Assembly (NCBI GenBank): GCA_902776605.1
Contig: CACYQQ010000009.1
Coordinates: 1 to 47,829 of the forward strand
Reading direction: 5' to 3'
DNA: 47,829 nucleotides
Origin: an uncultured Bacteroidales bacterium
Lineage (GTDB): Bacteria; Bacteroidota; Bacteroidia; Bacteroidales; UBA3663
Below, in pieces: positions 9,801 through 16,745 of the stretch. How positions within the stretch are numbered: the stretch's first letter is position 1; each line of letters begins with the position of its first letter. The notes under the pieces are model-generated. The model was given only the letters and a program-made list of their open reading frames with translations. It had not been told where the DNA came from and did no database searches. Made by a program: the position numbers and the translations under genes.

Positions 9801-9936
9801 CGCCATCGAGGAAATCTCGGCCGAGGTTGGCATGGGCATTTCTGGACTTTTTGACCTCCAAGGTCGTTCCGTGACTCAAAAACAGCCCGGAAAACTCTAT
9901 TTGGAGGACGGAAAGAAGATTTTCTACCTCCCTTGA
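6886..9936 (+). CDS. Secreted multidomain endo-1,4-beta-xylanase (glycoside hydrolase family 10) with N-terminal CBM-like and beta-helix repeat regions and a T9SS-like C-terminal tail
   Basis: Signal peptide MNYTNRICMLILAGTLAHEAEA. GH10 blocks lie in the last ~350 aa: NAVVCENEMKFD, RGHALAWHSQVPTW, EWDVANEV (acid/base Glu), ILNDYG, GLQCHMD and ITELDLG (nucleophile Glu). The middle region has Gly-rich autotransporter-type beta-strand repeats (GTLNIYGGGERAF, GAGTYRITGNTNLITGGVRVVRGRVLFNND). The C-terminus GLFDLQGRSVTQKQPGKLYLEDGKKIFYLP resembles T9SS sorting domains. Confidence 0.9.
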   Translation: MNYTNRICMLILAGTLAHEAEAKKVVLEDFENYQLGQELSMVNRWGQNHSSRCVVEKDPSNANNKVLHIYLNDWNTYFPITLPDEFAGEAWKASQDYITFDLRRSASDENDWKKFIICQGENTLWEDDSYPHQGDKNVWQSRTYALNKEVPTKGTQWALGLHSDKSDYYLDNIVFRGEYDNYLYIANDTTIDFSGQNSADAYKTFNTPLNIPEGKSVTLLTARYAYFNSPVMGEGTLNIYGGGERAFLGTSDKSYPDWKAYSGDVHVYPYKKLSSGNGFYGLVLMHKGKTMTPENAQADADDGKMNNCLTHSTLVLHEGATLAIEGSDKNRGARIGRLQMEQGSTLMGYYKNKASANSYYLIGGTNDDAVLAGRIAPASDNKQMLLGLIKEGAGTYRITGNTNLITGGVRVVRGRVLFNNDAGAAKASKLSGSLGTPASASTASLVVLQQAIAGGTGHISASANIYGILQPGDDGIGHLAVADYVSGQNLTLIVRPSTRIECQIASADNYDQVEVQGAVSYYNIMQDYEESDMMPRLRIQLTNDAQLRVGDTFTLFSAKSKTSYKEVPWQFDVRFPKAYTWEVEQQETADGFQVVARVTSLEYSGQGEKEDSDILPGDTTTDDGTFDLAAEQKENTTLRSFADHLGKFVGTCVPTWRINVDNDNDVRTSLIANQFNAVVCENEMKFDATEPSRGEFSYGSGDQLIHLAQRHHLYVRGHALAWHSQVPTWLTSDGTKNSNNLSRQELLAILKNHIFNVVGHWKGKIQEWDVANEVLDDNQTSINSNPKAYDLRPSVWATGIGEDFLDSAFVWAHQADPDAKLILNDYGVEGKGWGKTEALYNLASRLRKSGIPIDGVGLQCHMDAGLNYISSIEQNIARYQKANFLCRITELDLGIDNNTAAALQQQGEDFYRLARIAMKYDNCGMLMIWGLTDDLTWRSGRRPLLYDANNQPKPAYYGVHAALRQADGQELTAIEEISAEVGMGISGLFDLQGRSVTQKQPGKLYLEDGKKIFYLP

Positions 9937-10016
9937 GGAAAAAATCTGTTCAAAAAGAGCACTTTTGAGCCGGTGGAAGTTCTTACCGCCGTGCCAATAG
10001 AATATCCCAGAACAGG

Positions 10017-10053
10017 GTCGTCTGTCCCAATTATTTGGAGCAGACGACTTTTT
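10017..10053 (+). terminator. Intrinsic terminator after the GH10 gene
   Basis: GTCGTCTG ... CAGACGAC stem (16-nt loop) followed by TTTTT. Confidence 0.55.
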
Positions 10054-10057
10054 GCTG

Positions 10058-10065
10058 TACCTTTG
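10058..10065 (+). promoter_or_regulatory. -7 promoter box (TACCTTTG)
   Basis: TAnnTTTG match 28 nt upstream of ATG 10093. Confidence 0.5.
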
Positions 10066-10092
10066 CACTCGTAATTCAGAATCGCGTACGGC

Positions 10093-10674
10093 ATGAAACG
10101 AACCTTTTTTGCAATATTCTTGCTGGTCATCGGCACTATGATGCTTTTGCGCGTCACGGGCGTTGCGACCTTCGACTGGTTGTTCAGTCAAGATTGGCAT
10201 CGCTTTATAGTACCCGTGTGCATCATGCTGGTGGGATTCTGGTTATTGGTCAATCGCAATCATGCCCGATATATCAGTGGCGATTGCTGCGGAAAAGAGA
10301 AAGATAGCTATAAAGAGGCAGAGGTGTCTGAGGTAATGGACGAACATGCTTTTATCAATGCCAACGTGCTGATGGCAAGCGACTTTTATGATTTGGAGGG
10401 AGAGAGATTAGCAGGTGGGAATGTATCGGTTTGCATCGGAAAAGTGAAATTAGACTTGCGTAAAGCCACGATCCAACCTAACTGCATCCTAAAACTGACG
10501 GCTTGCATGGGCAAGATTCAGTTGCTCGTTCCTCAGCAGGTTCGATTGGAAGTTTATTCGTCCAACCTCATGGCACACGCCGACAACCGTACGGTGCAAT
10601 GCACCAACCAAGAAGCACCTCTTCTCCGTCTCCGCGTCAGCAATTGCATGGGACATCTGCAAATCCAAAATTGA
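10093..10674 (+). CDS. LiaF/DUF2154-like membrane protein (cell-envelope stress family)
   Basis: Two or three N-terminal TM helices (FFAIFLLVIGTMMLL, FIVPVCIMLVGFWLLV). The C-terminal beta-rich part has GKVKLDLRKA ... GKIQLLVPQQVRLEV, the pattern I associate with the LiaF C-terminal domain. Confidence 0.5.
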   Translation: MKRTFFAIFLLVIGTMMLLRVTGVATFDWLFSQDWHRFIVPVCIMLVGFWLLVNRNHARYISGDCCGKEKDSYKEAEVSEVMDEHAFINANVLMASDFYDLEGERLAGGNVSVCIGKVKLDLRKATIQPNCILKLTACMGKIQLLVPQQVRLEVYSSNLMAHADNRTVQCTNQEAPLLRLRVSNCMGHLQIQN

Positions 10675-10726
10675 CAAATCTATACCACGTGTTGACTTGA
10701 CGGCCAACGAATACATAATCTTTTTC

Positions 10727-10761
10727 GCGTGCCTCGGAGATGTCCGGGGCACGTCGTTTTT
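10727..10761 (+). terminator. Intrinsic terminator
   Basis: GCGTGCCTCGG-agatgt-CCGGGGCACGTC hairpin followed by GTTTTT. Confidence 0.65.
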
Positions 10762-10796
10762 CATGCCGAATGTTTGGAGGGAAAGCGAAAACTCCT

Positions 10797-10804
10797 TATC
10801 TTTG
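10797..10804 (+). promoter_or_regulatory. -7 promoter box (TATCTTTG) about 275 nt upstream of the HD-domain gene
   Basis: Perfect TATCTTTG, the commonest form of the box in this window. No ORF lies between it and ATG 11078. Confidence 0.45.
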
Positions 10805-10820
10805 CGGACGAAATTTATAA

Positions 10821-10990
10821 GGAGTTAATCGTAACTTAGAAGGAGTTAATGGGAGTTAACCGGAGTTATCGCTTCGCTTAGGGAGTTAACAGACGTTACT
10901 ACAGAGGGGCGGAACTTGGAGTAACAGAAGTTATCGCTTTGCTTAGGGAGTTAACGGACGTTACTGCTGAGGGGCGGAACTTGGAGTTAT
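10821..10990 (+). repeat. GGAGTTAAC-word repeats: one copy of a dispersed ~50-bp element plus a 65/61-bp tandem duplication
   Basis: 10842-10890 reads GGAGTTAATGGGAGTTAACCGGAGTTATCGCTTCGCTTAGGGAGTTAAC. Unit GTTATCGCTT(C/T)GCTTAGGGAGTTAAC(A/G)GACGTTACT..GAGGGGCGGAACTTGGAGT occurs at 10865-10929 and 10930-10990. Confidence 0.9.
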
Positions 10991-10993
10991 TTT

Positions 10994-11078
10994 TCAACTT
11001 TCAACTTTCAATTTTCAATTTCCCTCTTCCCCTTTTTTAATTTTCAATTATCAATTATCAATTTCCAATTTCCAATCA
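10994..11078 (+). repeat. Paired heptamer arrays running into the HD-gene start codon
   Basis: TCAACTT x2 and TCAATTT x2 (10994-11021). TCAATTA x2, TCAATTT, CCAATTT and CCAATCA (11044-11078, the last unit overlapping the ATG). Confidence 0.9.
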
Positions 11079-11650
11079 TGTTTTCCAGAGAATTTCTTGA
11101 AATACTGCATGTGGCCGAACGGCTCAAGGATACACCTCGTCATTGCACCACTTCGCAGGGGCGTGTAGAGAGTGTGGCAGAACACAGTTGGCGTATCTCC
11201 TTGATGGCTATGCTTTTGAAGGACGTATTTCCCGAGGCCGACAACAACAAGGTAATCTGCATGTGCCTCATTCATGACCTCGGCGAGTGCTTCACAGGCG
11301 ATATTCCTACCTTCCGCAAGACCGACCACGACCGTGATGTCGAAGACTCTTTGCTCCACCAATGGGTCAAAACGCTCCCCTCGGAGGTGTCCGAAAGGAT
11401 GCTCCAACTCTATGCCGAGATGGATGCCCAACAGACCTTGGAGGCGCGTCTCTACAAGGCATTGGACAAACTGGAGGCCTTGATTCAGCACAACGAGTCG
11501 CCTATTTCCACTTGGTCTCCCAACGAGTACGACCTCAACAAGACCTATGCTTTCGATGCTGTCGCTTTCTCCGCGTGGCTCCAGGATTTGCGTCAGGAGA
11601 TACTCCAGGACACGCTCGACAAGATAGAGCGCGAAGGCGCAAACAAGTAA
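11078..11650 (+). CDS. HD-domain phosphohydrolase (YfbR-like 5'-deoxynucleotidase family)
   Basis: ESVAEHSWRISLMAMLL (H of HD) and CLIHDLGECFTGDIP (HD...D metal ligands). 190 aa. Confidence 0.8.
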   Translation: MFSREFLEILHVAERLKDTPRHCTTSQGRVESVAEHSWRISLMAMLLKDVFPEADNNKVICMCLIHDLGECFTGDIPTFRKTDHDRDVEDSLLHQWVKTLPSEVSERMLQLYAEMDAQQTLEARLYKALDKLEALIQHNESPISTWSPNEYDLNKTYAFDAVAFSAWLQDLRQEILQDTLDKIEREGANK

Positions 11651-11656
11651 CCCGTT

Positions 11657-12022
11657 ATGCGCAACAAGCTATTGTATTCCCTCCTCGGCCTCGTCGTGCT
11701 GATTCCCTTGGGGCTGCTGTCACGACGAGTCCATGCCCTTCCCAACGAGACCGGCGATGCCCTTTGGGCGATGATGGTGTTCTGCTTTTGGCGTATTCTG
11801 TTGGTCAATAGGCCGTTGAAGGTAGTCGCCGCCATCGCTTTGCTGCATTCCTTCGTCGTGGAGTTTTCGCAACTGCTTACCTTCCCCTGGCTCGTCTCGT
11901 TCCGTCGTACCTTCATCGGCCACATGATGCTGGGGCAAGGATTTCTCTGGATAGACCTCATTGCCTATACCATCGGTGTTCTTATCATCTATAGTCTTTA
12001 TCGCCTTATTGAAAGGAAATAA
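11657..12022 (+). CDS. Small polytopic membrane protein, DUF2809-like
   Basis: 121 aa with 3-4 hydrophobic helices. The ending FIGHMMLGQGFLWIDLIAYTIGVLIIY resembles the DUF2809 C-terminal block as I recall it. 6-nt gap to the HD gene suggests co-transcription. Confidence 0.45.
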   Translation: MRNKLLYSLLGLVVLIPLGLLSRRVHALPNETGDALWAMMVFCFWRILLVNRPLKVVAAIALLHSFVVEFSQLLTFPWLVSFRRTFIGHMMLGQGFLWIDLIAYTIGVLIIYSLYRLIERK

Positions 12023-12030
12023 ACATCATC

Positions 12031-12062
12031 AAGCCCGCCTGTCGTTGTCGATTGGCGGGCTT
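12031..12062. terminator. Bidirectional terminator hairpin between convergent genes
   Basis: AAGCCCGCC ... GGCGGGCTT (9-bp stem, 14-nt loop) between the stop at 12022 (+) and the stop at 12086 (-). Confidence 0.6.
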
Positions 12063-12085
12063 GATGTGTGTAGCAGGTGACATGA

Positions 12086-14350
12086 TTAATTCACCGATAT
12101 ATGTCCATCCTCATCGCATTCCACTTCCAGTTCAACGACACCGTTTTTGGAACGCGGATTGTCCGACATCGGGCGTTTGGGGTCATCGCCACGATAAGAG
12201 GTGCGGCTCTTGTAACGTTTCGTCTGTGACAAGAAACTCTCCACGTCATTGTCGCGGAGTACGAACCGGCTGTCGATTGCCTCACCCGTCTTTTTGATTT
12301 TGCCCACGACATGAATGACGTAGAGCGAGTCGTTGGCATGTTTCAATGCCTCGGCTGCCTCGCGTTCCTTTCGGATTTGTTCGAGGTCGATTTCGCCGTA
12401 AGCGCTGCGCAGCGGGTCAAGCAGGTAGTTGTTGAAGTCGGAGGTTCTGCTGAAATGGCCGAATTCGTTGTAGTCGCGCAATACGCGGCCCTCGCGGTCC
12501 AATGCTTCGTAGTGAGGAATGCCGCTGAACTGGAACAGGTTCATGTATTTATCGAACTCAATCTGAGGCACGCGATAGACATCTTCGTCGGCCAGATATT
12601 GGGCTACGAACTTGTCGTAGGCCTCTTTCGGCGACTGGCGGTCGCCCGTGATGAAGATGAACTTGATGTCTGGATTGTTGTGCAACTCTTTTCGCATCTG
12701 GAGGGAATTCCGTATGGCCTGAACGCAAGGACCACAGCTGGTTGCCCAGAAGTCGATGAAGAGATACTTGCCTTTGTATTGGTCCGCAATGCGGTAGAAC
12801 ATCTCGGAGGCCTCATTCTCGGGCAGGTCGTAGGCCAGGTGGGTCTGCTCAATGTAGTTGCGGAAGATTCGCTTTGCCTTTTCCCGCAGGAATGGAATGA
12901 CCAGTAAACCAAGGCGTTGGCTGAATTTCTTTTCCCAGGCAGCGACGGCTTTCTGTTCGGCAATGCTGTCTTTGTTGACGAGACGTACTCTCTGACCATA
13001 GTCTCTATAGAGGATGTTGAGCAAGTCCACTTGGTTCAGCAATGATGGAGAGGCCGCACCAAAGAGGCGGGCATCTTCTTCATGACGGGCACTGTCGGAT
13101 GAAAATTTATCTCTATAGCGATAAGCAAGATGGGTTATGTTGTCGGCAAACGAATAGCGGTTCTGCAAGTGCGTGAAGTCGGACGAACTAAGTTGCAGTA
13201 CGTCGTTATTAACCCACTGGGTGATAGGGCGGTAAGTGTCAGTCTTGACGAGCAATGAGTCATCTTTGTGCTTCCTCTCATTGCCGAAGATATCGAAGTA
13301 CATGAAGTAGGTCATGTAGTACTCTGCAAGGCGGATGTGACTCTCCTGCATGGCAAACTTATAGTCGTAGTCGTTGAAGCCAAGTCTTGGCGCTATATAG
13401 TTGACGATACTGTCGCTCAGGGCAGCACGAGTCTGCATGCGTTGTAGGAACTCGGCCACACTGGTCTCTTTCACTTCGTCCTCCATCTTGGCGTAAGGCA
13501 GGACACCTCTGGTCAGGCTATATGGATTGATGTCCCAAAGTTTGTTCAGTTCATATCCGTGGCCCGAGAGGTCTTTCACTTGGGTCGTTCCGTTCTGCAA
13601 CAGAGTGACGTCGAGCGTCTGTCCTGGTTTGATATAGAACCAGAAATCTTTGCCAATGTCCTGGCACGCGGCGCAGTGTCTGATGGGGTAGTCCAGGTCA
13701 ATTTTCTGCGAGAAGGTGCCGTCGGCCTCGATGTCGATGCTCAATGGCTGTGACTGATTGATGAGTACGTTGTTATTATAGACTGTGAAGGCGCGTCGTT
13801 CTCCCTTCGGGTCGTACCCCTCGACGCGGCCTTGCAGGGTGGCGGTGGCGGAGTGGAAGAAGTTGCGTCGCAGGTCGTCAAACTGGCTCTCGTCCAGCGC
13901 GCGGGGCTTTACTTGAAGTGGCTTTTTGCCGTCGTAGATGCCCAGGATGAGGAAATCATTTATGCCTGGACCCTCGATGAGGTCGATGCTCTTTGTCTTG
14001 CGTGGGACGGGGTCAAAGACCAATGTCACCACAGTGTCCTTTGCATGGCATTGGATGAATTTCCCCAGGTGGATGCCCTTGCCCCAACGGATGGGGTAGT
14101 GCTTGCCGTCGTCGGCCAGGAGGTAGGTCCTTTGGGAAAAGGTGAAAGCGCTGTTGTGCTGCAAGACGTGAATAGAGACCTCGGTGGCTGTGTCGCTCAA
14201 CAGGACAGACTGCACCTTCAGGTAGTCTTGGTTGGCTATCAGTACGGAGGGATGTTCCCACAGGGTGGATTTGATTCGTGCGCCATAGGCGTTGGCTGCC
14301 GACAGCAGGAGCAGCGGCAGGGCAAGTCGAGTCAGGTACTTGTTTGTCAT
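12086..14350 (-). CDS. Large secreted TlpA-like thioredoxin-fold protein (thiol-disulfide oxidoreductase domain with long N-terminal region and extra C-terminal domain)
   Basis: Signal peptide MTNKYLTRLALPLLLLSAANAYG. Thioredoxin motif YLFIDFWATSCGPCVQAI (CGPC) lies about 520 aa in. 754 aa. Confidence 0.8.
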   Translation of the reverse strand: MTNKYLTRLALPLLLLSAANAYGARIKSTLWEHPSVLIANQDYLKVQSVLLSDTATEVSIHVLQHNSAFTFSQRTYLLADDGKHYPIRWGKGIHLGKFIQCHAKDTVVTLVFDPVPRKTKSIDLIEGPGINDFLILGIYDGKKPLQVKPRALDESQFDDLRRNFFHSATATLQGRVEGYDPKGERRAFTVYNNNVLINQSQPLSIDIEADGTFSQKIDLDYPIRHCAACQDIGKDFWFYIKPGQTLDVTLLQNGTTQVKDLSGHGYELNKLWDINPYSLTRGVLPYAKMEDEVKETSVAEFLQRMQTRAALSDSIVNYIAPRLGFNDYDYKFAMQESHIRLAEYYMTYFMYFDIFGNERKHKDDSLLVKTDTYRPITQWVNNDVLQLSSSDFTHLQNRYSFADNITHLAYRYRDKFSSDSARHEEDARLFGAASPSLLNQVDLLNILYRDYGQRVRLVNKDSIAEQKAVAAWEKKFSQRLGLLVIPFLREKAKRIFRNYIEQTHLAYDLPENEASEMFYRIADQYKGKYLFIDFWATSCGPCVQAIRNSLQMRKELHNNPDIKFIFITGDRQSPKEAYDKFVAQYLADEDVYRVPQIEFDKYMNLFQFSGIPHYEALDREGRVLRDYNEFGHFSRTSDFNNYLLDPLRSAYGEIDLEQIRKEREAAEALKHANDSLYVIHVVGKIKKTGEAIDSRFVLRDNDVESFLSQTKRYKSRTSYRGDDPKRPMSDNPRSKNGVVELEVECDEDGHISVN

Positions 14351-14500
14351 AAGTGTTTTTTATTAAGTGTGTATGAATGTTTTGTCTGTGTTCTGCTCCA
14401 AGTCGGTTTTTCGTTTCCCTGTTTCGTCTGCATAGGTTTGTAGGGTGCATCTTCAACGAGTGTCGTTTCTTTGTCCGATATGGTTTTGGATTAGACGCTG

Positions 14501-14508
14501 CAAATATA
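14501..14508 (-). promoter_or_regulatory. Candidate -7 box (TATATTTG on minus strand) for the TlpA-like gene
   Basis: Plus strand reads CAAATATA, about 150 nt upstream of ATG 14350. Confidence 0.3.
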
Positions 14509-14952
14509 ATCATTATTTTGTTATTCCGAACACTTTCTGCCCAGAAAAAACGCGAAAACAGAAAAATGTCAATTTATAATGGGGGACAAAAGTCCAATGC
14601 ACCACTTCCTTCAGTCCTCTGTCCTCATCCTGATAGTATCCTGCGGTAATGGTCGGGTAACTATCGGGTAACGATTGGGTATCGATTGGCGTTCGATTGA
14701 ATCGACTGAAATTAATCACCGAATTTAGACTAAATATAGACCAAAATTTGACCCAATCAAAACCGCGAGGTGGGGGCAAGGTATTCAGCGGATTCTATCA
14801 AAAGTTCAATAAGAATGAGGGCAGAAGTAAAAAAAGGCGATAAATTTGCGAAAATTCTCAAAAAGGTGTGAAATTGGAGCTCTAAAAATCTCAAAAAGGT
14901 GCGAGAAGGTCAAAAAAACGACACAAAATGGCTATTTGTTCAGATTCTTCGC

Positions 14953-15443
14953 GTTGCTCTGAATGACATACGACTGAAAAGAAAATAATCCTTACTGTCC
15001 AGTTGAAATAATAAAAAAGCAAGCCTGAAGGGCTGGCAAGAATACAGGCAGGTGGTAAGCGAAGCGCGACCCCTGCTATAAGGTATATCACAGAGAAAGC
15101 CCAGAAGGGGCGGCAGAATCCTCCAGCAATGCTCCACCTTTCCCTCTTTCTGCCACCCCTTCGGGGTTTTGGATGCTCTCGTTCCTCAACGCCGGGGTTG
15201 TACCCCTGCCTGTGGTCTACCACCCCTTCGGGGTTTTGGATGCTCTCGTTCCTCGTTCCTCAACGCCGGGGTTGTACCCCTGCCTGTGGTCTACCACCCC
15301 TTCGGGGTTTTGGATGCTCTCGTTCCTCAACACAGGGGTTGTACCCCTGCCTGTGTTCTGCCACCCCTTTGGGGTTTTGGATGCTCTCGTTCCTCAACGC
15401 AGGGGTTGTACCCCTGCCTGTGGTCTACCACCCCTTTGGGGTT
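14953..15443. repeat. Structured non-coding element, copy A: ~197-bp conserved module (14953-15149) plus 4.3 tandem 67-bp hairpin units (15150-15443)
   Basis: Near-identical to 17683-17969. Units start at 15150, 15217 (74 bp, with an internal CGTTCCT duplication), 15291, 15358 and 15425 (partial). Confidence 0.9.
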
Positions 15444-15465
15444 AAGCTATCACGTGAAAAAAAGC

Positions 15466-15510
15466 TCCAGATTGTCGAACTGATGGACAGATAATCTGGA
15501 GTTTTCTTTT
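15466..15510. terminator. A-tract/hairpin/T-tract terminator (bidirectional by sequence) closing repeat copy A
   Basis: GAAAAAAAG-CTCCAGATT ... AATCTGGAG-TTTTCTTTT. Confidence 0.55.
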
Positions 15511-15582
15511 GTTCCCTGCATTTTTTTGGGGCACAAAAGTCAAAAAATCGGGTATAAATTTGGCAAATTGAAAAAGAAGCCG

Positions 15583-15590
15583 TACCTTTG
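15583..15590 (+). promoter_or_regulatory. -7 promoter box (TACCTTTG); a second match TAAATTTG lies at 15555-15562
   Basis: TAnnTTTG matches upstream of the orphan gene starting at 15739. Confidence 0.4.
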
Positions 15591-15738
15591 CAGCAGAATG
15601 AAAAACAAGTGTATGTCGAAATAGCCTAAATCGCTAAGCAGCAAGTGTAACAATTTGGGTTCTCCGGAACCTGGATCACCTTTCGAAAGAGAGGTGCGTG
15701 ATGTTCTTTTATCTATTGTTACACAAAACTGCATTAGT

Positions 15739-16380
15739 ATGAGAAAGCGATTGAAGCATTTTCATGTGTGTTCCTGTTCGCCCGAAAGGGGAGTGACGTA
15801 TTTGGATGCCCGTCTGTTGAAGGACATCGTAAATCGCGGAATTCATCCTATCCGCTGCGCTTCCACGTGTGGTCACAAGGCATTGCGAGGCCTGCTGTTG
15901 GGCGACCTTTGTGCCGAAACGAATCACCTAGGGTGGGCACTCAGAATCTGGAAGTTTACGCTCAAACAGATTCATGAAAAGGACTATGACGACTGGATTG
16001 ACGTCCACTGGTTCAACACCAAGTATGTCAGCTTTCAGGATGTGATTCCCGATGGTTGGTGCGAAATTATCGGACGGCGCATGGATGAGGCTGAACGGAA
16101 GTTGGGCATCTCGAATGCCCGAGGCAGAGACAGCTGGGAGTACCGCGCAGGTGACGGTTGGTATAATTCATTTTTTGCAGAGAAATTCGACTTCAATTGG
16201 GATGAATGGCGCGAGGAGTATCTCGCAATGCGCAATGAATTGCTGGCCAGACAGAACACAGAGCGGATATTCCGCGACGGACAGGCCAACACCGTCCACC
16301 CTTCCGACTATTTCGACTATTGGAACGACTACGATCCCTCCAAAGAGGATCTGTACTTCAAAATCGACGACTGGGATTGA
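15739..16380 (+). CDS. Hypothetical cytoplasmic protein, Cys/His-rich N-terminus and Trp/Asp-rich C-terminus (213 aa)
   Basis: First ATG of ORF 15655..16380, whose listed start is TTG. Begins MRKRLKHFHVCSCSPERG. No signal peptide or TM. C-terminal half is DYDDWIDVHWFN ... FDFNWDEWREEY ... DYFDYWNDYDPSKEDLYFKIDDWD. No family recognised. Confidence 0.6.
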   Translation: MRKRLKHFHVCSCSPERGVTYLDARLLKDIVNRGIHPIRCASTCGHKALRGLLLGDLCAETNHLGWALRIWKFTLKQIHEKDYDDWIDVHWFNTKYVSFQDVIPDGWCEIIGRRMDEAERKLGISNARGRDSWEYRAGDGWYNSFFAEKFDFNWDEWREEYLAMRNELLARQNTERIFRDGQANTVHPSDYFDYWNDYDPSKEDLYFKIDDWD

Positions 16381-16588
16381 TTTCCCAGTCGTCGGTTTTA
16401 TTATGAATGATCCTTCCTGACCACATTTGTAGAACCACAAAAATAGCATTTTTTAAGCATATCAATGATGATTTCTGCAAATATGTGGATTTCAATGGAT
16501 TACAAGGATTTCATCCCTCAAAATGTCTATTAGGCCGCTTTTCGTAAAAAAGTTAGAACAAAACGCGAATACCGCAAAACTAATGTCG

Positions 16589-16596
16589 TATCTTTG
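16589..16596 (+). promoter_or_regulatory. -7 promoter box (TATCTTTG) with no protein gene downstream
   Basis: Perfect TATCTTTG in the convergent spacer. It points at the 3' end of the minus-strand gene 16746..17555. Confidence 0.4.
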
Positions 16597-16745
16597 CACC
16601 ACAATCTTTGAAATGCTGATAGAAGGAAGTCTTCGTGACGAAGAGGATTGATTGCGTGCACCTTAAATCAGGAAAGGGGATATGAAACAAACAGAGGCTC
16701 ACGACGCGAATCGCGAACCTCCGTTATATGGCGATGAGTTTTTTG

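Noticed and set aside
15150-15443. Regularly spaced repeats that could be mistaken for a CRISPR array
   Set aside because: The whole 67-bp unit is conserved, so there are no variable spacers. The array is only about 4 units long and no cas genes are in the window. It is a tandem repeat of a hairpin-bearing unit.
14891-15494. ORFs 14891..15223 (-), 14940..15137 (-), 15129..15494 (+), 15169..15483 (+) and 15173..15445 (+), plus the first 105 codons of 16746..17870 (-)
   Set aside because: They lie entirely in the repeat element. All three forward frames are open only because the unit lacks stops. The two element copies differ by indels that shift frame, so no protein is conserved.
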